NCBI GenBank assembly: GCA_963674705.1
Contig: OY771506.1
Span: 928,001 to 992,000 of the forward strand
Direction: 5' to 3'
DNA length: 64,000 bases
Source of the DNA: Phycisphaeraceae bacterium
Lineage (GTDB): Bacteria > Planctomycetota > Phycisphaerae > Phycisphaerales > Phycisphaeraceae
Below are positions 9,396 to 18,113 of the stretch, in pieces. The notes under the pieces are model-generated. The model was not told where the DNA came from, did not search any database, and was given only the letters and a program-made list of their open reading frames with translations. Position 1 is the stretch's first letter. The number at the start of each line of letters is the position of its first letter. The position numbers and the translations under genes are program-made.

Positions 9396-12300
9396 TCAAT
9401 TCGCGCCCGAATCCATATCATTCGCCGGCCCGGACGCCGAAGTGATATCCGGCTTGATCTCGGTGATTAACTCGGGCGTATCCAGCCAGGCCCGCAACGA
9501 CTCGCGCGTGTCGCGATCGATCAGCGAAGTCAGTGCTTCCGTGGCCTTGTCCATCTCGTCCGGGCTGCGCCAGCAGAAGCTCGACCAATCGACCTGCTTG
9601 AACTCATCCGCCCACTCCCACGCTGACGGGCCGATCTTGTCGACCAGCATTCGCAGCACGTCCGCCTGCATCTCCGGCTTCACATCGAAGTACAGCTTGC
9701 GGAACTCCGCATCCGCCAGTTTCTGTACCGCGCCGGGGTCCTGTTCATACACGAGCACAAGAAGCGCGTCCGTTACCCATATCAATTGCTGCGGTGTGAG
9801 TCGTTGACCTTCTCTCTCGATCAGATCGTCCAGCGCTTTTGACGCAACGGCAAGCGACCGCTGTTTGTACCGAAGCCCCTCCTGGTTGTTCATCTGCGCC
9901 AGCAGGTCCGCAACCAGGTACGTATGGAACGGCACGGGCAGGTTCGGGATAGCCAGTCTGCCGTATCGGCCATCCTCCACACCGAACAGTTCAGCCTTGA
10001 GGAACGGCTCGGCATAAGCCGGGTTCACTTCCTTCCACGCGTGATACATCAACCACGGCCGCGCCTGGTATGCCTCGGACAACGCCTCGCGGTAGTTGAT
10101 CATCGTCTGCTCGGCAGCGCCCATCGGGAAGAAGTCCCGGATGCACAGCGCCGCCGGCGAAATACGCAGTGTGCCCGCGTTCGCCGGGATCTCGTCTTCA
10201 CCCGTGAACAGGTGTTTGCCACGAACGATCAGGTGCGGTTTGATCGGCTGTGGATTGGCGTATTGTAGCCGCGCGATCTGTTCAAAACCCGCCAGGAAAG
10301 ACTCGACATCCGCCTCGACATACTTCGCATACATCTTCGCCCATTCATCAAACATCAGCGGATACTGCGGCGCGACATACGGCCGCAACGCGTACAGCGG
10401 GTCTTCTTCCTCGCGCTCACTGATCTGCTGCACACCCGCCAGCGCCGACGGCAACGGGATGCCGAACGACAACACCGGACGATCGTCTTCAACCGTCGCG
10501 CCGATGCCCGACATCGACATGGTGCTGGATAGATCGTTGCGATCCTTCGCCAGCGCCTCACGCAACACCGGATTAATCAGGTCCAGCGAGCTTTCTCTAA
10601 CCATCAGAGGAGAATTGAATGTCGACCCCTGCGTCGCGGGCAACTTCAACTGCCCGCACCACTGCACAAACTGATCCGTGCTTTCCTTCGTGACCTGCTC
10701 GGTCGTAAACTCGTCGATCAATTGCCCGCTAATAGCGTCGATCGCCTGCAGGCATACACCCGCCGTCGCGCCTTCACCGGTCCATGCACGGCCGACGATC
10801 AACACCGTGCCCGTCATCGTGCGGTGATCGATCGACCGCGGGTCTTGCCTCGTATCATCCAACCAGAAGCGGCGCGTCACGATCGCCATGTCACGATGCG
10901 CCTTGTCCGCCGCTTCGGTCAGGCTCGCCGTCAACGCTTTCGTCTGGTAATACATGCCCAGTTCATCGACCGGCAGGATCGGACCAACCACCAGCAACCG
11001 CGGCGCTTCGCCCGAAACTTCGGCGACGGTGACATCTTCAGGTAATCGCAGGTCCAGATAGTTGCGCAGCGCCGCAACAAACAAATCAGTTTTGTTTTCG
11101 ACCTGGTCCGCTTCGGCACGCGCCAACAGACGCGATCGCCCGGTCGACAAATCCGTCACCCACAGCGACAACACGTTGCCGCCGGGACCGGTCGAATCGA
11201 CGACACGCAAGACTACTTGTGCAGGCGTACCACACACATCATCCATGTGACCGACCAGGGCCTTGCCTTCATCAATATCAACAAAAAACCTTAGCGCCAT
11301 CCGGTCCACGACCGTGATACCGGGCGCATTCTTAAAAGATGCGAGCAGACGTTCGAGCAGGATCGCGGTAGGCTTACCCGTGCCTGCATAACTCAACTCA
11401 GGCATGCCGATCGAAACGTAAAGCCGATCAAGCCCCGGACTCGGCACCACACCGGCGGTTGTCTGGACGCCCGCACAAGGCACCATCACCGGGATCGTGC
11501 CGTAACCATCCACCCACGCATCGGCATGGATCAACGCGTCGGCAGAAGAAGTCCCCGCACGGACCAGTGAAAGCTCATACGAAACAGGTTGGCCGTTGCT
11601 GACATCGGTATCGGTGATGCCCGTGCTGTCGGCAGGCAGCAGCGCAACCTTCGCCACGCTGCCATCGGCATCAATACGATGCACCGCGATCTGCACTTCG
11701 CCTTCGTATCGGTCACGCCCGGCGATCAGGCCCGTGCTGTCCCAGCCGACGTGAACGTTGCCATCGTAAGGCGTCGCCGAAACACCCGTCACGATCGGCG
11801 GCGCCATCGCCACCAGCGTCTGGTCGCGCGATGATGCCGTGGCAAACGTCACCGCACGACTCGCACCGTTTGATCCCATGATCACCGAATGCGCAATCCC
11901 GTTGAACTTCGCTTCGCCCGGGACAAACTTGTAATCCAACACGCCGCCCGCTTCCACAGGCACCACGCCGACCACTTCGCTTCCTGCTGTACCCGTGCGA
12001 CGAAGCAACTGGTTTTGCCATTGCACACGCCAACGGCCGACGCCCTGACTGTCCAGCACGATCCCCGTCGGCACAGATACCGCAGACTCGACAACCACAG
12101 GCAAATCGTTCGGCAAATCAGGCAACACCTGATCGATCGAGCCCGCCGCGGACGCCTGCCACAACAAAACATTTTCCCAACCCGGGGCATCAAGCCGCGC
12201 CTGCAAACGCATCGCCGGCGCTGGTTTGTCCTTCACACCAAGCGTCCAGGTAACACGATCGCCCGCGACCTTCGGTTCAGGCACATGAGCGAAACTGCCG

Positions 12301-13232
12301 GCCGGCGTATCAAACAAACGCTTGCCTTCGCTATCAAATCCTGTCAGCCGATAGTAAAGCAGATTCGCGCCGACAACTTCAGGCACATCATCAAACACTT
12401 CAAACGTCAGCGAACCGGTTGCACGGTTGAATCCATCAACCTTCGCGCGATCGATCTGCTTGAACGGGCCTTGCTCATCCAATGCGCGATAAAGCACAAC
12501 CGAAGTTGCCATGCTCAACCGACTGTCACGAGCACTGGAAGCCGGTTTGAACTCGACGTTGAACGTGTAACGAGAATCATCTGATCTTTCGACATCGATA
12601 TGCACGCCATCCATCGCAACGTCGCTGACTTCGGATGCGCTTGCAGCCGCCCATGTCATGTTGTTGTCTACCGCTTGCTTGCGTGCTTCGACGACAACCG
12701 GTTTGGAATTGTTGTCTTCAGCGACTTCGCCATCACCTACGCCGTACTCCGTCTTGAGCACCTGCACAGCGATCACGATGCCGATGCCGATGGTCAGCAC
12801 CGCGATCCCCAGGCCGATCAACAGTTTTAACTTGCTGCCACCACCGGTTTTAATGCGCATCTCTTTGCCGGCGTACACCTCGTACAGCCGGGTCATGCGG
12901 TCGTCGACTTCCTGTGAAATCGCCTGATCGCTGGATGTGCCGTCGCCCATCGTCGAGCCGCCGCTAGTCTCGCCGCTGCCGCGCGATCGCAGGCGGATAG
13001 AACTTCGGCCCGCGGTGGCGTCACGGGAGCCGGTAGACTCCAAAGCGTCGTTTTCAAGCGATGTGAGGTCGCCGAGGTCCGGTTCGGGCCCTGGGGCGAG
13101 CTGAGGGCTGGTATCCCCAACCTCGGGCACCGTGAGCGTCTTGCGGCAGGACGGACAGCGGACCATCTGCCCTGCCAACTGGTCCGGTGCAGCGAACACG
13201 GATCCGCAACTGCAGGTCACTTGTATCTTCAT
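9396..13232 (-). CDS. Zn-ribbon / single-TM / large extracytoplasmic multidomain hypothetical protein
   Basis: 1278 aa: N-terminal IQVTCSCG..GQMVRCPSC, disordered linker, one TM (LLIGLGIAVLTIGIGIVIAV), then beta-rich FN3-like segments (VHVGWD...ITDTDV..G..VSYEL). Confidence 0.85.
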   Translation of the reverse strand: MKIQVTCSCGSVFAAPDQLAGQMVRCPSCRKTLTVPEVGDTSPQLAPGPEPDLGDLTSLENDALESTGSRDATAGRSSIRLRSRGSGETSGGSTMGDGTSSDQAISQEVDDRMTRLYEVYAGKEMRIKTGGGSKLKLLIGLGIAVLTIGIGIVIAVQVLKTEYGVGDGEVAEDNNSKPVVVEARKQAVDNNMTWAAASASEVSDVAMDGVHIDVERSDDSRYTFNVEFKPASSARDSRLSMATSVVLYRALDEQGPFKQIDRAKVDGFNRATGSLTFEVFDDVPEVVGANLLYYRLTGFDSEGKRLFDTPAGSFAHVPEPKVAGDRVTWTLGVKDKPAPAMRLQARLDAPGWENVLLWQASAAGSIDQVLPDLPNDLPVVVESAVSVPTGIVLDSQGVGRWRVQWQNQLLRRTGTAGSEVVGVVPVEAGGVLDYKFVPGEAKFNGIAHSVIMGSNGASRAVTFATASSRDQTLVAMAPPIVTGVSATPYDGNVHVGWDSTGLIAGRDRYEGEVQIAVHRIDADGSVAKVALLPADSTGITDTDVSNGQPVSYELSLVRAGTSSADALIHADAWVDGYGTIPVMVPCAGVQTTAGVVPSPGLDRLYVSIGMPELSYAGTGKPTAILLERLLASFKNAPGITVVDRMALRFFVDIDEGKALVGHMDDVCGTPAQVVLRVVDSTGPGGNVLSLWVTDLSTGRSRLLARAEADQVENKTDLFVAALRNYLDLRLPEDVTVAEVSGEAPRLLVVGPILPVDELGMYYQTKALTASLTEAADKAHRDMAIVTRRFWLDDTRQDPRSIDHRTMTGTVLIVGRAWTGEGATAGVCLQAIDAISGQLIDEFTTEQVTKESTDQFVQWCGQLKLPATQGSTFNSPLMVRESSLDLINPVLREALAKDRNDLSSTMSMSGIGATVEDDRPVLSFGIPLPSALAGVQQISEREEEDPLYALRPYVAPQYPLMFDEWAKMYAKYVEADVESFLAGFEQIARLQYANPQPIKPHLIVRGKHLFTGEDEIPANAGTLRISPAALCIRDFFPMGAAEQTMINYREALSEAYQARPWLMYHAWKEVNPAYAEPFLKAELFGVEDGRYGRLAIPNLPVPFHTYLVADLLAQMNNQEGLRYKQRSLAVASKALDDLIEREGQRLTPQQLIWVTDALLVLVYEQDPGAVQKLADAEFRKLYFDVKPEMQADVLRMLVDKIGPSAWEWADEFKQVDWSSFCWRSPDEMDKATEALTSLIDRDTRESLRAWLDTPELITEIKPDITSASGPANDMDSGAN

Positions 13233-13529
13233 AATTCACCCGGCAAATTCGATTTAAAAAAATGACACCACCCCGAGCCTGAAAACTGGAGGCACAATAT
13301 GGGTCCAACCAGCCAAGGTCCCGTACACCGCCTCACCCGGCGCACGGATTATACCGGCTACACATCCCCACTTACGGGCATCTAGAGACCTACGTTCGAT
13401 ATTTTGGGGTTTATATTACGTTATCCCCTATTTTACCCAACTTTACATCTCCACACCCCTATGACGTTTAACGTGGGTAAGTGTTCAAAAATTTCATCCA
13501 TGAAGTTCCGGTTAGACGGTCTGATCCGG

Positions 13530-13557
13530 TTGTATTCGCTCAGATATCGTGTACAGT
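13530..13557 (+). promoter_or_regulatory. Putative sigma70 promoter of the GGA-rich RNA
   Basis: TTGTAT-N16-TACAGT ends ~6 nt before the purine-rich tract begins. Confidence 0.5.
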
Positions 13558-13562
13558 AGACA

Positions 13563-13796
13563 AAGCAGGGAGTGGAGAAAGACCCCCTGGGAGGGAAGCT
13601 GAGAGGAGAAAACCGTTCTTTTGGGAGAAAGACGGATCGGGAGAAAGTTAGGAGACGGAGAAAGCGCAGGAGGCGGAGAAAGCAGGAGTGGAGAGAGTAG
13701 GAGAGGAGAAAGGCAGGGAAGCACCTTGGGGAGAACAAGCAGGGATGCCCAACTCAGCTTCCAAGACCCTCGGCGAAAGCCGAGGGTTTTTCTTTT
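13563..13796 (+). ncRNA. Candidate CsrB/RsmZ-like multi-GGA small RNA
   Basis: 19 GGA motifs, 7 exact GGAGAAA, mini-hairpins such as GCAGGGATGC, closing helix GGAAGCTGAG(13594-13603)/CTCAGCTTCC(13753-13762), and an intrinsic terminator; no credible protein. Confidence 0.7.
13766..13796 (+). terminator. Intrinsic terminator
   Basis: ACCCTCGGC-GAAA-GCCGAGGGT followed by TTTTCTTTT. Confidence 0.9.
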
Positions 13797-14144
13797 GTCA
13801 ACCCCAACGACTTATCCACCACCCAACAGGCGCACAGCCCTGTCGTGATTGAACGCTATGCGCACGTTGAGGACAGGCACAAAACACCGTTGATGGATGC
13901 CCTTTTACCGGGTTCATGCGCGCAGCCTGTCACACGCACTCGACTTGCTCGCGAGGATCGTATAGTGCATGGCCGCCACGATGAAGTGGCGATCGTAAAG
14001 GATGTCATTGCTTATATGGCTTGAGGTGCTGGGGTGTCGGGTGATACATCCCGGTTATGCGGCAGTGATGGGTGTGTGGCCGTATGATGATTGGTATACT
14101 CGCTAAGAGATTTCAATACTCGAACACAACACCGGGAAAACCGA

Positions 14145-14597
14145 ATGGAGCCGAACTCTTTAGGTGACTCAATCCATCAACAGATAGAGGACCTTTGCTC
14201 CCTTGGGGACAGCCAGGTTGAACAAGGCAACCTGAAGATAGCACTTAAGTCATATCATGATGCACTTCATTTGCTACCTGAACCGGTCGAAGACTGGGAG
14301 GCCGCCACTTGGATCTACACGGCCATTGGCGACCTGTATTTCCAAGCAAGACAATTTTCAGATGCGATAGAAGCACTCAAGGCGGCGGTGCGATGTCCGG
14401 GTGGATTAGGCAATCCATTTATTCATCTGAGGCTTGGTGAATCACATTATGAATTGGGTCACGAGGATCTGGCAGCAGACGAATTAACCAGAGCATATAT
14501 GGGGGCCGGACGAGATATATTTGCAGCCGAAGACCCTAAGTACATAGACTTTTTAGCCACGCGGATTAAACCGCCTACCGGACAAGAACATTTGTAA
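14145..14597 (+). CDS. TPR protein of the kind found in polymorphic toxin/immunity loci
   Basis: LPEPVEDWEAATWIYTAIGDLYF, GNPFIHLRLGE..YELG and ELTRAYMGAG TPR helices; start set at ATG 14145; AT-richer than flanks. Confidence 0.8.
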   Translation: MEPNSLGDSIHQQIEDLCSLGDSQVEQGNLKIALKSYHDALHLLPEPVEDWEAATWIYTAIGDLYFQARQFSDAIEALKAAVRCPGGLGNPFIHLRLGESHYELGHEDLAADELTRAYMGAGRDIFAAEDPKYIDFLATRIKPPTGQEHL

Positions 14598-14691
14598 CTG
14601 GATACGGTAATAATCGGGAGATGTACTTTATCAGTTTGTGAACACAGTGTGGCACCCGACTAAACAGCGCCGCAAACCAGGGGCAATTGAA

Positions 14692-15171
14692 ATGCAAGGG
14701 TTGGAACAGATAATTGAGTTGATTAAAGAAAATCAGGGTATCGCAGAGTTCGCTAACTTTGGTGACGGAGCTAGTGATGAATGGATTACCAAAGCCGAAG
14801 AGGCGATCGGTTGCCCCTTGCCCGATAGCTACAAATGGTGGTTTGCGAAATACGGTGGCGGAGAGATTGGAGGCGAAGAAATCTTCAGCGTTTATGAAGA
14901 AGACTTCGATGAGGTTGTAGGTGGAGACGTGGTTTACATGTATCGCCTCGATGCTGAAGAGAATAAGCGAAAATACAGAATCCCGATCTGCCACAGTGAC
15001 GTTGATGGAGTCTTTGCTTTCAACGTTCAACAAGGAGTTTCAAATAACGAGTATTCAGTGGTGAGTGAAGCAACCGGAACGAAATACGCTGAGAATTTTT
15101 TGGATTTTTTGGTTAAGCGAATTGCATGCTTCAAGGAACGACGCGGGCTCTGCCCCTCCCCGCTTTCGTGA
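14692..15171 (+). CDS. SMI1/KNR4 (SUKH) family immunity protein
   Basis: GASDEWITKAEEAIGCPLPDSYKWWFAKYGGG and terminal YAENFLDFL are SUKH hallmarks; start set at ATG 14692. Confidence 0.88.
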   Translation: MQGLEQIIELIKENQGIAEFANFGDGASDEWITKAEEAIGCPLPDSYKWWFAKYGGGEIGGEEIFSVYEEDFDEVVGGDVVYMYRLDAEENKRKYRIPICHSDVDGVFAFNVQQGVSNNEYSVVSEATGTKYAENFLDFLVKRIACFKERRGLCPSPLS

Positions 15172-15222
15172 TGTAAGGGCCGAGGACATAGATAACAGTT
15201 AAATTCCTGCGGTAGACGCGCA

Positions 15223-15531
15223 ATGGAAAAATTTGATTTAGATTGCGGCAGTGCAACGCCGGAGGCGTACGACGATGTGAGCAAAGAGGCGCTGCACATT
15301 CTCAATGTATACTTCATCGACGATGTGAACAGGAACCGAGTGGTCAATTTCGCCTGCGCAAGAGTCTTGCACTTTCACAAACACCTACCCAAAGGCAGTT
15401 CTCAAAGAGTTATATTCGATCTGAGGGGGCAACCGGTTGGTAACAATAATTTGGAATCGGCGCGAATGGCGATTGAACAAGAAGCTGTGAAGTATGGAAT
15501 CCGAATCTCCGTCGAATTCTTAACGAGTTAG
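15223..15531 (+). CDS. Stand-alone, degenerate REase-fold toxin C-terminal-like domain
   Basis: GS.TPE...NRVVN...HLPKGSSQRVIFDLRGQ recalls polymorphic toxin tips of the GSxRPD..EVKNY..NLPxG..Q..IIDxRGQ type (recalled similarity, unverified). Confidence 0.5.
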   Translation: MEKFDLDCGSATPEAYDDVSKEALHILNVYFIDDVNRNRVVNFACARVLHFHKHLPKGSSQRVIFDLRGQPVGNNNLESARMAIEQEAVKYGIRISVEFLTS

Positions 15532-15533
15532 TT

Positions 15534-15833
15534 ATGGCGTATAACTTTACCGCTGAGAATCTTGGCAAGCAGGACCTACATGCCCTGGGAAAACGACTGT
15601 CTGAGTACAGCTTAATCGAGTTTTTTCCTGTTGAAGTATCCGCCGCGTCGCTTACATTGGGAATTTCTGTCCCGTTCAAAGCAATAGGCGATCCGGGATT
15701 TAGAACAGAGATCGAAAATGCGATGAGCTATTTGGTGACGGAGCAAGGATTCGTAGTAACCGATCTCTACACCGGCAACACAATCGCTCCCAGCGATATC
15801 CCCGGCTTGGCTCAACAGATCTCAAGGGGATAA
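15534..15833 (+). CDS. Small hypothetical protein, probable cognate immunity protein
   Basis: 99 aa starting 2 nt after the upstream stop; C-terminal GFVVTDLYTG. Confidence 0.6.
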   Translation: MAYNFTAENLGKQDLHALGKRLSEYSLIEFFPVEVSAASLTLGISVPFKAIGDPGFRTEIENAMSYLVTEQGFVVTDLYTGNTIAPSDIPGLAQQISRG

Positions 15834-15912
15834 CGAGCGATAATAGCAGAGATAACGAGGCCTGACCTCGTTCAACTAGCTGATCGAAGTGAAGTATGAT
15901 ACCCGCTCAATT

Positions 15913-16398
15913 TCAAGTAACCACAAAATGATTTTTGTGTGATGCCGGCGTGAAAAGTCGCCAGTGCTCGGAATGGTTGCTGCCGTCGGGGAACACATCC
16001 AGCCTGTAGTCATCGCTGAGCGCCATCGAAAAGCCGCCGACATCATCTACGGTGTAAGAAGTGACCTTCGGCGGGCTCATCTTGAATCTTTCGCGAAGTG
16101 ATGAGGCCTGCTGGTCGAATAGGCTCTTGCCGATCACATCCCAATCTTTGAGCACTTCGCCTTCGGGGCTGCAATAGTAATCCTGGCATGCAACCCGGAT
16201 GCGGCCTTGCTGACAAAGTCGCCAAGCACACTGAACGTGAATAGCCCATTCACCGACCGTCCTCACACCACCTCCGCGTGCAGCCACCTCGTGCATCTCA
16301 CCGAAGTGCAACCAAAGCAAATCAGCCGCACGACCGATCGTACGCAGCGGTAGTCCAACCAGAGGCGTCAGGGCTTGTTCGATCGTTTCTTTGTTCAT
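15913..16398 (-). CDS. Conserved-type hypothetical protein
   Basis: 161 aa with ATG; LHFG, GEWAIHVQCAWRL, LDVFPD and EHWRLF motifs; globular composition. Confidence 0.75.
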   Translation of the reverse strand: MNKETIEQALTPLVGLPLRTIGRAADLLWLHFGEMHEVAARGGGVRTVGEWAIHVQCAWRLCQQGRIRVACQDYYCSPEGEVLKDWDVIGKSLFDQQASSLRERFKMSPPKVTSYTVDDVGGFSMALSDDYRLDVFPDGSNHSEHWRLFTPASHKNHFVVT

Positions 16399-16479
16399 GA
16401 TAGTAATCGTAACTTATAAAAAAGCGTGGATTTAATCCCCGGGCAGGGTGCGGTTAAGTGCAGCTTACATGCAAATATT

Positions 16480-16802
16480 CTCCCTCTCCCCCCGGGAGAG
16501 GGCCGGGGTGAGGGCCGTTGTGGATTACATGCACGGTGTTTTGTATGCGATCATCATTGTTTGTTGTATCAGTTGTTCTGATCTTTACGCATAATCAATC
16601 CGGGCCCTCACCCTAATCTACTCCGGGGGCTCCCGAGGGGAGAGGGGACAAGAGCGCGACCGGTGGTCGCGGCCATACAAAAATGCGGGGACAGATTGGG
16701 GCTGTCCCGCTGAAGTGGGTTTGTTGATCGGCCCGGATGGGCCGATATCCGCAGCGAGCTGCGGAGCTAAACGGGGTAAGCGTAGCGTGGGATTTTTGTG
16801 GG
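16480..16802. repeat. REP/BIME-like cluster
   Basis: Inverted pair of CCCTCTCCC..GGGAGAGGGCCGGGGTGAGGGCC units, CGCGACCGGTGGTCGCGGC, and an inverted copy of the ~9243-9278 unit. Confidence 0.75.
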
Positions 16803-16863
16803 CAACGAGAATGCGAGTGGAGATTGATTGATTGTTGCGGGGATTTCGTAAAATGGATTCATC

Positions 16864-17796
16864 ATGACGAATGCGAATACACAGCCGTACCTTCTTGGCC
16901 TTGATGTAGGTGGGACGAAGTGTGCGGTGATTGTGGGGGACCGCGGGGGGCATGTGTTGGATCGTGTGGTTTGGGCGTCGGACGTGGCGCGTGGGCCTCA
17001 CGCGATGATTGATGAACTTTGTGAGAAGGCGCAGGTGTTGATTGCGCGGCACGGGGGGACGCAAAACTTTTCGGGTGTGGGGATTTCGATTGGTGGGCCT
17101 TTGGATGCGGCGGAAGGGATTGTTTATGAACCGCCGAACTTGCCGGGGTGGGCTAGTGTTGCTTTGCCGAAGATGGTCAGCGAACGGTTAGGTGTTCATG
17201 CGAAGATGGAGCATGATGCGGCGGCGTGTGCGTTAGCGGAGACTTTGTGGGGAGCGGGGCGTGGGTTGTCGCGTGTGGCTTATCTGACATGCGGGTCGGG
17301 ATTCGGCTGCGGATTAGTAGTTGATGGAAAGATTTATCGCGGGGCGCGAGGGCGCAGCCCGGAGATCGGGCATGTGCGGTATCGCGCGGATGGGCCGAGC
17401 GCGTTTGGGAAGGTGGGATCGTTTGAAGCGTACGCGGCGGGCAACAGTCTGCCGAAGCTTGCGGCGTGGATGTTTGCGCGGCGCTGGAAAGATGATCCGC
17501 CAAGCGGTAAGGCGCTAGCGGAACTTTGGCGAGCCGGAGATAAAGATGCGGAAGCGGTCATCATGATGAATGCACGCGCGACGGGTGATGCGTGTGCGTT
17601 GGTTGGGGATCTACTGATTCCGGATGTGATTCTGCTTGGCAGCCTTGCGCAGTATCTGGGGGATGTGTGGGTGGAAGCTGTTAAGAGACAGTTTGAGTTG
17701 GAAGTTACGGAAGACGTGGCGCGGTACTGCGGGGTGCGGGCAGCGGGATTGGGGGAAAGGTTGCAGGATTGTTCGGCGTTGGCGGTGGGGATGTGA
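16864..17796 (+). CDS. ROK family sugar kinase
   Basis: LGLDVGGTK, GISIGGPLD, PPNLPGW, EHDAAACALAE, GSGFGCG and EIGH motifs. Confidence 0.9.
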   Translation: MTNANTQPYLLGLDVGGTKCAVIVGDRGGHVLDRVVWASDVARGPHAMIDELCEKAQVLIARHGGTQNFSGVGISIGGPLDAAEGIVYEPPNLPGWASVALPKMVSERLGVHAKMEHDAAACALAETLWGAGRGLSRVAYLTCGSGFGCGLVVDGKIYRGARGRSPEIGHVRYRADGPSAFGKVGSFEAYAAGNSLPKLAAWMFARRWKDDPPSGKALAELWRAGDKDAEAVIMMNARATGDACALVGDLLIPDVILLGSLAQYLGDVWVEAVKRQFELEVTEDVARYCGVRAAGLGERLQDCSALAVGM

Positions 17797-17946
17797 GTGC
17801 AGCCGGAACTCTATAGGCATTGGCAAGAAGATATTAGCCACAGATGAACACGGATTAACACAGATAAGAAAAGCGTGTTTTTATATATGTCTGAGATGCT
17901 TGTTGTAGCTTTATGAATGGTGATGAATCTGATCGTGTAATGAATC

Positions 17947-18078
17947 CGGCCCTCACCCCGGCAACTTCCGGGGGCTCACGAGGGGAGAGGGGGTAGGAAT
18001 TTGTGTATAGCCACGACCAGTGGTCGCGCTCGTTCGTATAACAAACAAATTCAGCGCGACCGATGGTCGCGGCTATAC
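17947..18078. repeat. REP-like cluster between convergent genes
   Basis: GGCCCTCACCCC..GGGGAGAGGG plus the inverted pair GTATAGCCACGACCAGTGGTCGCG / CGCGACCGATGGTCGCGGCTATAC. Confidence 0.75.
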
Positions 18079-18113
18079 ATGTTAAAACGCGCCGGGATGG
18101 TTGGGTTATGCGG

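Noticed and set aside
13399..13427. dif-like site (TTTATA-TTACGTTATCC)
   Set aside because: Only the right arm resembles an XerD site; the left arm does not fit and the skew direction is wrong for a terminus.
13563..13762. GGAGAAA repeats as a CRISPR array
   Set aside because: Repeats (7 nt) and spacers (~8-25 nt) are far too short, and there are no cas genes.
13433..13848. ORFs 13433-13738(-), 13512-13724(-) and 13621-13848(+)
   Set aside because: Low-complexity translations of the GGA tract; the plus ORF crosses a strong terminator.
15130..15205. attC between the SUKH gene and the next ORF (GAAC...GTTAAAT)
   Set aside because: No convincing inverted L/R boxes.
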